Below, piece after piece: positions 29,121-37,885 of a stretch of 64,000 nucleotides of DNA. The notes beneath the pieces are model-generated. The model did no database searches. It was given only the letters and a program-made list of their open reading frames with translations, and was not told where the DNA came from. This DNA comes from Candidatus Limnocylindria bacterium (GTDB taxonomy: Bacteria > Chloroflexota > Limnocylindria > QHBO01), in NCBI GenBank assembly GCA_036262075.1, contig DATAJO010000040.1, forward strand, positions 2,807 to 66,806, in the 5' to 3' direction. Positions within the stretch are counted from its first letter, which is position 1, and each line of letters starts with the position of its first letter. Made by a program: the position numbers and the translations under genes.

Positions 29121-29400
29121 CCGGCGACGATAGGCCCCGGCGCTTTATCGGTCAAAGCGCCTTGGTGTGCGTTGGTTCGGCCCGTTCGCGCCGTGGCGAG
29201 AGGATTTCACCGGAAGGCCCGGAGGCGTTGCGTTTGCGCGCTGTGGCGAGCACTCGCACGCACGAAGGGCGCGCTGCGGCGCGGTTCACGCTTACCGGCT
29301 CTCGCCGCAGTCGACAAACGACGCGCCGCCAGCGCCTCACGTGAATTGTGCTCGCTCTGGCGAGAAGCGAGCCGGTAACCCGCCAGTAATCAGCCGATAA
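29121..29400. repeat. Intergenic repeat locus 1 (~1.5 units of the ~170-200 bp GC-rich repeat family; core GTGGCGAGCAC at 29243)
   Basis: Shares >80% identity over ~120 nt with units at 30.1, 31.5, 35.0 and 39.2 kb. Begins with the CGACGATAGGCCC...TATCGGTCAAAGCGCC leader also found at 31479. Confidence 0.85.
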
Positions 29401-29406
29401 GGACCG

Positions 29407-30102
29407 ATGGCGCACCATCGGCGCATGCGTCGAAGCCAATCGAGTCGCAGGCGATCCGCCGATCAGAGCGCCAAGATCGGGAGTGAGGTCGGCCTGGCCC
29501 GACGAACACAGGCGATGACCGTCCGCCAGGTGGCGGCGCGCGCCGGGGTGGCGTGGGAGACGGTCGCCCGGTCCGAGCTCGGCGATCCGAAGCTCAGCCT
29601 GGATCTGCTCGCGGCGATCACCGAGGCGGTCGGGCTGGACCTCGTCCTCTCGGTGTACCCCGGCAGACCGCCCAGCCTTCGCGACACCGGACAGCTGGCC
29701 TTGGCCCGGATGCTGATCGGCATCGCGCATCCATCGCTGACGCCGGAGCTCGAGGTGAACATCGGGCCGCATGGCGAGTCGATCGACCTCGTCTTCTTCG
29801 GGCCATCCGAGATCATCGCCTTCGAGATCGAGCGCCTCTACACCGATCACCAGGGCCAATATCGCCGCGCCAACGGTAAGCGCGAGGCGCTCGCCGCTCG
29901 TCATCAGCGCCCGGTTCGGCTCGTCCTCGCCGTCCAGGACACCCGGCGCAACCGTGCGGCCGTCGACCGGCACGAGCCGGTGATCCGCACCAGCCTTCCG
30001 GCCGGCAGCCGCGAGATCCTGCGCGCCATCCGCGAGGGAACGCCGCTGGGTCGAGATGGGTTGCTCTGGCTGCGCAAGCCACCCCGTGCGGACCCGGCGT
30101 AG
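29407..30102 (+). CDS. HTH-domain protein with C-terminal DUF559/Vsr-like (PD-(D/E)xK-fold) endonuclease-like domain; start uncertain (possibly ATG ~29515)
   Basis: HTH: MTVRQVAARAGVAWETVARSELGDPKLSLDLL. C-terminal IDLVFFGPSEIIAFEIERLYTDHQG...RPVRLVL follows the DUF559/Vsr pattern vDf...l.iE.DG..H...vlR. Confidence 0.55.
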   Translation: MAHHRRMRRSQSSRRRSADQSAKIGSEVGLARRTQAMTVRQVAARAGVAWETVARSELGDPKLSLDLLAAITEAVGLDLVLSVYPGRPPSLRDTGQLALARMLIGIAHPSLTPELEVNIGPHGESIDLVFFGPSEIIAFEIERLYTDHQGQYRRANGKREALAARHQRPVRLVLAVQDTRRNRAAVDRHEPVIRTSLPAGSREILRAIREGTPLGRDGLLWLRKPPRADPA

Positions 30103-30104
30103 CT

Positions 30105-30500
30105 GCCTGGGAATCTCGCCGCGTGCTCGCTGGGCCGAGAGCAATTCACCGGAAGGCCGATCCGCGTGGTGTTTTCGCGCTGTGGCGAGCACCGGCACGC
30201 ACGAACGGCACGCGGATGCGCCGCTCACGCTCCCAGGCTCTCGCCACGCTCGACAGATGACACGGGGATCGGGCATAGCGTGAAGAACGCTCGCTGTGGC
30301 GAGACGAACGCGGCGGCAGGCTGATCGGCGTGGCGTTTTCGTGCTGTGGCGAGCACCGGAGCGCAGGAAGGGCTTGCCCATGCGCCGCTCACGCTCCCAG
30401 GCCCTCGCCACACTCGACAGACGACGCGCCGGCGGCCCTATCGGTGAATAGCGCTCGCTGTGGCGCGCACCAGGGCCGTCGAACAGGGACAACGACGACG
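30105..30500. repeat. Intergenic repeat locus 2 (two units; cores at 30182 and 30345) between convergent genes
   Basis: GCTGTGGCGAGCACCGGCACGCACGAACGGCACGCGGATGCGCCGCTCACGCTCCCAGG is repeated twice ~165 nt apart. Confidence 0.85.
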
Positions 30501-30512
30501 CGGCGGCGGCCT

Positions 30513-31481
30513 TCAGTGGCAGTCGGTTGAGCCGATGTCGGCAGCGGCGGCCTCCGCATCGGCCTCGAGGAATCGCCAGTCGTAGCCGTCGGGCCGCAGT
30601 GTGAGCTCGAGCACGCCGTAGGAGTTGTCGATGGTGACCTCGCTACCGGCGTCCAGGTGCTCCACCTCGGTCAGCGGCCCGCCGCCGGTCCCGACCGTGA
30701 ACGCGCGCAGCCCGTCGCGTGGGGCGAAACGCTCGTAGAGGTGATCGTGTCCGACGAGCAGGACGTCGGCATCGGCCGCGACGAGCGCGTCCCAGAGCGG
30801 CGCCACGTCCTCGTCGTCGCCGTGCCGGCCGGAGCTGAAGCGCGGGTGATGCCAGTAGGCGAGCGTGCAGGTGGCGGGGTGCTGCGCTAGGTCGGCCGTG
30901 AGCCAGGTGAGCTGCTCCGATCCCTCGCCGCAGCCGATGAGGCGGCAGTTTGAGTTCAGCACCACGACATGCCAGGCGCCGAGGTCGTACGAGTACCACC
31001 CCTCGCCCGGCGTGCCGGCCGCGTCGCCGAAATACGCGGCATAGGCCTGACCGCCGTCGAGGAAGACGTCGTGGTTACCGAGGGCCGGACGCGTCCGATC
31101 CTTCCACGCGCCCCACACCGGGTCGTAGCACTCGCTGTACGTCTGCTCGCTCCCGTCCGGGTAGGCGAGATCGCCGAGCGTCGCCACCGTTGCCTCAGGG
31201 TCCAACCGCGCCACCAGGGAGCCGGTCGCCTCGTCCCCCTCGGCGTCACACACGGCGATGTCCCCGACCGCGATGAGCGTCGCCACCGGCGTCGGCGCCG
31301 CGCTGGCGTCGGCGGCCGGGGTGGACGATGAGCTCGGCGTGGGCGGTGGCTTCGTCGGGATCGCACGCGGTCCCGATGGCGAGCCACAGGCCGACATGGT
31401 CACGATCATGGCGAGCACGGCGAGCACTGAGGCGGCTCCAGCCCGCTGGCGCTTCGGGGACTTGCCCGTCGTGGGGGTCAC
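30513..31481 (-). CDS. Calcineurin-like metallophosphoesterase, lipoprotein (signal peptide + lipobox MSAC)
   Basis: Metallophosphoesterase motifs GDxxY...GNHD...GHDH (IAVGDIAVCD...GDLAYP...GNHDVF...VGHDHLYER). N-terminal KSPKRQRAGAASVLAVLAMIVTMSAC is a lipoprotein signal. GTG start at 31481 lies in the repeat-derived leader. The 650-aa annotated ORF extending to 32465 is an upstream read-through artefact. Confidence 0.8.
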   Translation of the reverse strand: MTPTTGKSPKRQRAGAASVLAVLAMIVTMSACGSPSGPRAIPTKPPPTPSSSSTPAADASAAPTPVATLIAVGDIAVCDAEGDEATGSLVARLDPEATVATLGDLAYPDGSEQTYSECYDPVWGAWKDRTRPALGNHDVFLDGGQAYAAYFGDAAGTPGEGWYSYDLGAWHVVVLNSNCRLIGCGEGSEQLTWLTADLAQHPATCTLAYWHHPRFSSGRHGDDEDVAPLWDALVAADADVLLVGHDHLYERFAPRDGLRAFTVGTGGGPLTEVEHLDAGSEVTIDNSYGVLELTLRPDGYDWRFLEADAEAAAADIGSTDCH

Positions 31482-31762
31482 CGGGCGACGATAGGCCCGG
31501 GCGCTCGTATCGGTCAAAGCGCCCCCGACCCGGCGCTGCGCTCGCTGTGGCGAGAGGAAGTCACCGGGAGGCCGATTCGCGCTGCGTTTTCGTGCTGTGG
31601 CGAGCACAGGCACGCACGAACGGCACGCGGATGCGCCGTTCACGCTCCCGGGCTCTCGCTCCAGTCGACAAACGACACGCGCCCAAGGCTTCAGGTGAAA
31701 AGCTCTCGCGGTGGCGAGAACAGCGACGGAGCGCCGGCGAGCGGATACCAGCGTGCTGAGGG
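31482..31762. repeat. Intergenic repeat locus 3 (one full unit, core at 31597, plus the shared leader motif)
   Basis: See locus 1; identical architecture (leader motif, ~20 nt, then GCTCGCTGTGGCGAGAGGAAGTCACCGGGAGGCCGAT...). Confidence 0.85.
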
Positions 31763-32596
31763 TTACGAATGCCAGGCTTCGTAGGCCTCGCCGACGACGG
31801 TCTCGAAGCGGAGGCCCATGAGGACGATGCCGGCGAAGCCGTGCTGGCGCGCCTGAGCGGCGCACTCCCTGGCCATCTGCCAGCCGAAGGCGCGCGCATC
31901 GGCCGATGAGAGGCCGGACAGGCGCTCGAGCAGACCGTCGGACACGGCGATGGCGCCGACGCGGGTGAGGCGGCGGACCCAGCGCTCGCTGAAGGGCGGC
32001 GTGATCTCGAGGTAGACGGCGGGGTCGCCGGGCTGGAGCTCGAGGCGCTGGGCGACATCGGCGACGGTCGAGGGATCCATGACCGGGCCGGTCGTGAAGA
32101 ACTGGCCGCCGACCTCGATGCGGCGGCGGAACATCCATCGGCGCGAGCGCGTGCTCATCCCGACCTCGAAGCCGGGGTCGGGCAGCTCGGACTGGAGCGC
32201 GCGGAGGTGCTCGACGATCTCGTACGAGTTCGACCAGTGCTCGACCTCGGGCAGCATGTCGCCCTGGACCACGAGGAACGAGGTCACGCCGTTGCCGATG
32301 GCGCCGCGCACCTCGGACTCGATGGCCAGGATGTTCCGATCGCGCGTCGAGCACACCACCGTCGGGCGCACGCCGGGAACGTCGTGCGTGATGCGGGCGG
32401 CGAAGGCGTAGGGCGAGACGCGGACCTGCTTGAACGGGTTGTCCGTGATGAGGACGTCCCGCCATCGGCCCTCGAGCTCCCGGTGGACCATCCCGGGCAG
32501 GCGCGGCGGGTTGATCTCGACCATCTCGACCCAGCCGCGCGGGGACGAGAGCTGCGGGCTCTCCGGCTGATCGTGGACGTGGGCTTCGGTCGTCAT
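31763..32596 (-). CDS. Methylenetetrahydrofolate reductase-family protein (MetF-like, divergent)
   Basis: MTHFR-like blocks: VEMVEINPPR (cf. SFEFFPP), VVCSTRDRN, FLVVQGD (cf. ILALRGD), QFFTTGPVMD (cf. ITQLFFD). ATG at 32596 overlaps the metE stop (ATGA), indicating a metE-metF operon. Confidence 0.7.
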   Translation of the reverse strand: MTTEAHVHDQPESPQLSSPRGWVEMVEINPPRLPGMVHRELEGRWRDVLITDNPFKQVRVSPYAFAARITHDVPGVRPTVVCSTRDRNILAIESEVRGAIGNGVTSFLVVQGDMLPEVEHWSNSYEIVEHLRALQSELPDPGFEVGMSTRSRRWMFRRRIEVGGQFFTTGPVMDPSTVADVAQRLELQPGDPAVYLEITPPFSERWVRRLTRVGAIAVSDGLLERLSGLSSADARAFGWQMARECAAQARQHGFAGIVLMGLRFETVVGEAYEAWHS

Positions 32597-34776
32597 GCGC
32601 CTCGAAGCGCGCGGGCGGCGGCGACCATGTCGCCGAGCTGTCGCTCGATCTCCTCCCAGCGACGCGTCTTCAGGCCGCAGTCGGGGTTGACCCACAGGTC
32701 CGACACGTCCATGAACTCGCGGAAGTGGCGCAGCCGATCGGTCATGACCTGCGACCCCGGCGTGTGCGGGGAGTGGACGTCGAACACGCCCGGCCCGATC
32801 TGGAGGTGGCCGTCACCGAACAGCTCGTAGAACTGGCGGATGTACGAGTCGTCCTTGGAGCGGCTGAACTCGATCGAGGCGACGTCGACGCCGGCATCGG
32901 ACCACAGCGGCACGATGTCCCCGAAGTCGCCGTAGCACATGTGCGTGTGCATCTGGACGTTGGCCGGCTGGTTGAACGCGTGGTTCAGCGCCGCCCGCAC
33001 GCCGCGGGCGTAGATCTCGCGCAGCTGCGGCGCGTCCTCGGTCGGCAGCGGCCAGCGCTCGCGGACGGCGGGCTCGTCGACCTGGATGATCCGGCAGCCG
33101 GCGGCGACGAGGTGGCCGACCTCCTCCGCGATCGGCTGGGCGACCGCCCAGAAGAGCCGATCGTCCGGCACGCCCGGCGGTCGGAACGACCAGTTCACGA
33201 TCGTGACCGGCCCGGTCAGCATGCCCTTCACCGGCTTGTCGGTGGCGTCCTGCGCAATCCGCCACTCGTCGACGGTCATCGGCTCGCTGATGGAGGGCGG
33301 CGCGTCGAGGATGGGGGCGCGAACGCATCGGGATCCATACGACAGGACCCAGCCGTTGCGGGTGGTGAAGAAGCCGTCCATCTGCTCGGCGAAGTACTCG
33401 ACCATATCGGTTCGCTCGAACTCGCCGTGGACGACGACGTCGATCCCCATCCGCTCCTGCCAGGCGACCGACTCGGTGATGAGCCGCGCCATCTCGCGGT
33501 CGTACTCCTCCCGGCCGATCTCTCCCTTGCCCAGGCGAACGCGGAGCTGGCGGACCTCGGCGGTCTGCGGCAGCGATCCGGTCGTGGTGGTCGGGAAGGC
33601 GGGCAGGCCGAGGTCGGACTGCGCATCCCGCCGCTCCGGCCGCGGCGCGCGCGGCACGAGCGAGCCGACCTCCGGCCAGGAGGCCATCGGCGGCTGGGTG
33701 ACCTCGGGGGTGCGTCCCTCGGACAGCGCAGCCGGCCATGCGGCCAACGCCCGAGCCTTCTCGCGGGCGAACTGGAAGCCCGCCGGCAGGTCCTCGCCCT
33801 CGACGGTGACGGGCAGGAACATCAGGCTCGTCGACGGCACGAGCCGCACTGCCTTGCCGTCGTCGGCGGCGCCCTCGAGGCCCGCGAGCGCGTCATGCGC
33901 CGCGGCGAAGTCATCCGGCCACACCGAGCGCCCGTCCATGACCGCCACGACATGCTCGGGCTGCGCCTCCCACGCCGGCGTCCCACGCAAGGAAGGAACG
34001 GAGGCAGCCGGAACCTGGACCGCCAGCCCGTGCCGTCCGAGCCGCTCGACGGTCTCGGCCGAGGGGCGGCCGAACTGGACGGTCACGAGCGGCGTGTGGC
34101 GCAGCTCGAACTCGTCGATGCGCTCGTAGGCGGCGTCGCGCAGGCGCCGGTCCTCGTCGGACAGGACCATGCCGAGGCACGGCTCGTCGAGCTGAAGGCG
34201 GAACGTCCGCCCGTCGAGCACCTGCTCGGAGCAGAAGGCCCACAGCGACTCGGCGGCGGTGCGCGCAACCTCGGTGATCGACAGGTCGCCCACGATCTTC
34301 GAGAGCTTCGCCAGGCTGTACGGGCCGAGGACCGCCCATGTCACGCCGTCCTGGTTGAGCGGCTGGCGCCACGGCAGCGGCCGGATCTCGTCGGGGAGGT
34401 CGTGGATCTCGGGGACGACGTAGTGGTAGTTCGTGTCGAACCACTTCGTCATCTCCCACGCCTCGCGCTCCGGCGTGCCGCGTGCGGCGGCGGTCAGCAC
34501 GCCGAACGGGTTGGCGTCGAGCCGCGGCCCCTCACCCTCGGGCGTGATGCCGAGCATGAGCGCGGTCTCGAGGACCTCGTCGTACAGGAAGTAGTCGTCG
34601 ACGGCGGAGCCGATGGCCTCGCGCTGCTCGTCGAGGTGCGCCTGCCGCAGCTCGGCGACGCGCTCGAGGAACGAATCGGTGTCCATCCTGCCGCTCCAGG
34701 CGCGCTCGAGCGCCCACTTGAGCTCGCGGTTGGGACCGATACGGGGGTAGCCGATGAGCTGCGCGGTGATCTGCAT
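32593..34776 (-). CDS. metE: 5-methyltetrahydropteroyltriglutamate--homocysteine S-methyltransferase (cobalamin-independent methionine synthase)
   Basis: 727 aa from MQITAQLIGYPRIGPNRELKWALERAWSG (canonical MetE N-terminus), with both UroD/MetE-like barrels and the C-terminal zinc-site region (...HMCYGDFGDI...). The annotated ORF extends upstream to 34968 through the leader. Confidence 0.92.
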   Translation of the reverse strand: MQITAQLIGYPRIGPNRELKWALERAWSGRMDTDSFLERVAELRQAHLDEQREAIGSAVDDYFLYDEVLETALMLGITPEGEGPRLDANPFGVLTAAARGTPEREAWEMTKWFDTNYHYVVPEIHDLPDEIRPLPWRQPLNQDGVTWAVLGPYSLAKLSKIVGDLSITEVARTAAESLWAFCSEQVLDGRTFRLQLDEPCLGMVLSDEDRRLRDAAYERIDEFELRHTPLVTVQFGRPSAETVERLGRHGLAVQVPAASVPSLRGTPAWEAQPEHVVAVMDGRSVWPDDFAAAHDALAGLEGAADDGKAVRLVPSTSLMFLPVTVEGEDLPAGFQFAREKARALAAWPAALSEGRTPEVTQPPMASWPEVGSLVPRAPRPERRDAQSDLGLPAFPTTTTGSLPQTAEVRQLRVRLGKGEIGREEYDREMARLITESVAWQERMGIDVVVHGEFERTDMVEYFAEQMDGFFTTRNGWVLSYGSRCVRAPILDAPPSISEPMTVDEWRIAQDATDKPVKGMLTGPVTIVNWSFRPPGVPDDRLFWAVAQPIAEEVGHLVAAGCRIIQVDEPAVRERWPLPTEDAPQLREIYARGVRAALNHAFNQPANVQMHTHMCYGDFGDIVPLWSDAGVDVASIEFSRSKDDSYIRQFYELFGDGHLQIGPGVFDVHSPHTPGSQVMTDRLRHFREFMDVSDLWVNPDCGLKTRRWEEIERQLGDMVAAARALRGA

Positions 34777-34927
34777 GGTGCCGCGCATGATCGCATGCTC
34801 GCTCGCCCCGTGCGGAAGGTGCGCGCCGTCACCACGCGACTCCCCCGGCGCGTTGTCTTGTCGGCCTGTGTCTCCGTGTGTCTGCGTGCCTCCACGTGCC
34901 TCCGCGCGGTGTGTTTGTGCGGTCGCT

Positions 34928-35395
34928 GCGTGCCGCTGCGTGTGCTCGCCGTGGCGAGAGGAATGCACGGGAGGCCGGATCTGCGCGCGCTTTGTCGAGT
35001 GTGGCGAGCACCGGCACGCACGAACCGCACGCCGATGCGCCCCTCACGCTCACCAGCGCTCGCCCCAGTCGACAAACGACACGCCGGGAGGGCTTCCGGT
35101 GAAAAGTTCTCGCCCTGGCGCGAACCGGAGCGCGAACCAGCGCCTCTGCTCGCTGTGGCGAGAGGAATGCACCGGAAGGCCGATCCACGCTGCGTTTTCG
35201 CGCTGTAGCGAGCACGGGCACGCACGAACCGCACGCCGATGCGCCCCTCACGCTCACCAGCGCTCGCTCCAGTCGACAAACGACACGCCACCAACGCTTC
35301 CGGTGAACAACGCTCGCTCCAGCGCGAACGGCGCCGATGCAAGGCGAGGCGACAGCAGGAACGCGCCGGAACGCGAAGAGACGCGAGCGGGGGCG
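34928..35395. repeat. Intergenic repeat locus 4 (two units; cores at 35001 and 35215) upstream of metE and downstream of the hybrid kinase gene
   Basis: Two ~200-nt units, >90% identical over the GTGGCGAGCAC...GTCGACAAACGACACGCC segment. Confidence 0.85.
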
Positions 35396-35401
35396 CAGGT
35401 C

Positions 35402-37885
35402 CTAGGTGCCGACCGGCTGCGTGACCGATCCGAGCCACTCCCGCAGCCCGGAGATGGCGGCGTCGCCCTTGGCCAGGACGCGGAGGGCGTGCCGGTTCAG
35501 GCGCTCCTTGGTGGCCTCGCTGAGGGTGTGGCCGGTGACGACGACGATCGGGATGTCGCGGGTGAGCGCATCGGCTCGGAGCTGGGCGGCAACCTGGAAG
35601 CCCGAGAGATCGGGGAGGACGAGGTCGAGGATGATGGCGTCGATGCCGCCGGCCATGGCGCGCTCGACGCCCTCGAGCCCGGTGCGGGCGGTGACGACGG
35701 TCAGGCCGTCCCGGCCACTGAGCGCGTTGCGGTAGAGGACGAGGGCGGCCGGATCGTCGTCGATCGCGAGCACCGTCCGTGGCGCATCGCCGCCGTTTAG
35801 CGATCGCGCCAGCGCGGTGACCAGCGTCTCGCGCGCGACGGGCTTCACGAAGTAGTCCTGCGCCCCGAGTGTCATGCCCAGCGCCGCGTCGTCGACGACG
35901 GTGACGACCATGACGGGGATCGCGCGCGTCGCGGGATCGGAGCGCAGGGCGCGCAGCACGTCCCAGCCGTCGACGCCGGGCAGGACGATGTCGAGGAGGA
36001 TCGCCGCCGGCGCCAGGGTGACGGCGGCCTTCAGGCCGCTCTCACCATCGACGGCCACGGCGGCGCGGTAGCCAGCCTGGCGCAGCTGGACGCGGAGCAG
36101 CTCGGCGGCCACGGCGTCGTCCTCGATGATGAGGACGAGCGGGCCCTTGCCGTCATCGGCCTCGACCGACCCGGCGTCGCGGATGACCGGGCGCTGCATC
36201 GGCAGATGGACGGAGAACGTGCTGCCGGTGCCGGCCTCGGAGGCGAGCTCGATCCGGCCACCATGGGCCTGGACCAGCCGGCGCGTGAGCGCCAGCCCGA
36301 GGCCGGTGCCCTCGGCGCTGCCGGGGGTGAGCTGCTCGAAGGCGGCGAAGATCCGCTCCTGGTCGGCCTCGGCGATGCCCGGACCGGTGTCGGCGAACCG
36401 CAGCACGACTCCGTCGTCGTCCGGCGCGACGGAGACGGACACCGAGCCCTCGGACGGGGTGAACTTGATCGCGTTCGAGAGGAGGTTGTAGACGATCTGG
36501 CGGAGCCGGGCCGCATCGGCCTCGAGGAAGAGGCTGGCGGGAAGCGAGGAGGTCAGCGCCAGGCGCTTCACCTCGGCCAGCGGCGTGACCGTGGCCATCA
36601 CCTCGCGCACGAGGGTAGCGGCATCGACGTCCTCGTAGCGCAGCTCGAGCCGGCCGGCCTCGACCCGCGACAGGTCGAGGATGTCGTTGATGAGGTCGAG
36701 CAGGTGCTCCCCGGCACGATGAATGTGCCCGGCGTACTCGCCGATCGACTCCTGGGTCAGCGGGGCCGGCGGCGTCTCGAGCAGCTCCGAGAAGCCGATG
36801 ATCGCGTTGAGCGGCGTCCGCAGCTCGTGGCTCATCGCGGCCAGGAAGTCGGACTTCGCGGCGCTGGCGCGCGCGAGCTCGACGTTCGTCGCCGCCAGCC
36901 GCTCGCCGATGGCGGTGCGCTCCTCGATGATCTTCTCCCGCTCGCTCGCGCCGAGCGTCTGGCTGCCGAGCATGGCGACCAGCGCGAGGTCGTCCTCCTC
37001 GAACAGCGCCGGGCCCGGGGTCCGGAGGCGCAGCGAGCCGGACATGTCGGCCATCGAGAAGGGGACGTCGGTGAGGTACGGCGCCAGGCCGTTCTCGACG
37101 CCGGCGGTGGCGATCGGCTGCGACGACCCGTTGACCCGCACCTCGGCGCCGAGCGCGCCGGTCAGGCCGATCGCCAGGTTCGCGAGCTCCTGCCACAGGC
37201 CGGCGGTCCCGGCGCCGGGCTGGGTACGGGCGAGGTCGTTGAAATAGCCGAAGGCGACCGCCTGCTGAATGACGCGGCGCAGCCAGCGGGGCGGGATGAA
37301 CGAGAGGATGAAGGCGACCGCGGCGAGGATGCCGACCCAGCGCGACAGCTCCGGACCCACCGGCCCGCCGGCCAGCAGCGCCACGATCGCCACCGCCAAC
37401 AGGGCCATCGCCCCGGCCGCGGCGAGAAGGCGCCAGCGCGCCAGGCCGGCCCGGCGCCGGCCCTCGCGAGCGAGGACGAAGGCCGCGACGCCGTCGCCGA
37501 CGACGAAGTACGCGCCGACGAGCCAGATGAGCCACGGGAACTGCTGTCCGAGGGTGAGGACGCTGGCGACCATCGCCACGTAGGCCACGACCATGGCCGG
37601 GAACGCCCAGCGTGGGACCGCGGCGGTGATGTGCTGCGTGAGGCGGATGGCGAACGCCGGCTGCGCCACGAGCAGCATCGAGCTGACGAGGTTGAGCAGC
37701 TCGCGGGCGGAGGGGAACAGGACGCCCAGGAACTGGAAGGCATAGAGGCCCGCCAGCGAGGAGAACATCAGGAGGATGTCGAACGCGATCCGGTTGCGCT
37801 GGGTGATGAAGCCGACGAGGGCAACCAGGAACAGCAGGTAGAACGCGCCCTGGAGGATGATGGCGTCCATCGACGGCTCGGCCAC
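35402..37885 (-). CDS. Hybrid sensor histidine kinase: N-terminal 7TM sensor - HisKA - HATPase_c - REC - REC
   Basis: ~270-aa hydrophobic N-terminus (7 TM). HisKA H-box SHELRTPLNAIIGFSELL. N, G1 (DTGPGI) and G2 (GTGLGL) boxes. Two receiver domains (LVLIIEDD... and VLAIDDDP...) with conserved Asp. Confidence 0.9.
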   Translation of the reverse strand: MAEPSMDAIILQGAFYLLFLVALVGFITQRNRIAFDILLMFSSLAGLYAFQFLGVLFPSARELLNLVSSMLLVAQPAFAIRLTQHITAAVPRWAFPAMVVAYVAMVASVLTLGQQFPWLIWLVGAYFVVGDGVAAFVLAREGRRRAGLARWRLLAAAGAMALLAVAIVALLAGGPVGPELSRWVGILAAVAFILSFIPPRWLRRVIQQAVAFGYFNDLARTQPGAGTAGLWQELANLAIGLTGALGAEVRVNGSSQPIATAGVENGLAPYLTDVPFSMADMSGSLRLRTPGPALFEEDDLALVAMLGSQTLGASEREKIIEERTAIGERLAATNVELARASAAKSDFLAAMSHELRTPLNAIIGFSELLETPPAPLTQESIGEYAGHIHRAGEHLLDLINDILDLSRVEAGRLELRYEDVDAATLVREVMATVTPLAEVKRLALTSSLPASLFLEADAARLRQIVYNLLSNAIKFTPSEGSVSVSVAPDDDGVVLRFADTGPGIAEADQERIFAAFEQLTPGSAEGTGLGLALTRRLVQAHGGRIELASEAGTGSTFSVHLPMQRPVIRDAGSVEADDGKGPLVLIIEDDAVAAELLRVQLRQAGYRAAVAVDGESGLKAAVTLAPAAILLDIVLPGVDGWDVLRALRSDPATRAIPVMVVTVVDDAALGMTLGAQDYFVKPVARETLVTALARSLNGGDAPRTVLAIDDDPAALVLYRNALSGRDGLTVVTARTGLEGVERAMAGGIDAIILDLVLPDLSGFQVAAQLRADALTRDIPIVVVTGHTLSEATKERLNRHALRVLAKGDAAISGLREWLGSVTQPVGT

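Noticed and set aside
30513-32465. The 650-aa annotated ORF for the phosphoesterase, and likewise the 791-aa metE ORF extended to 34968.
   Set aside because: The N-terminal extensions translate repeat or leader DNA (Arg/Pro/His-rich) and overlap the real metF gene on the same strand. Conserved-family N-termini and signal peptides place the true starts at 31481 and 34776.
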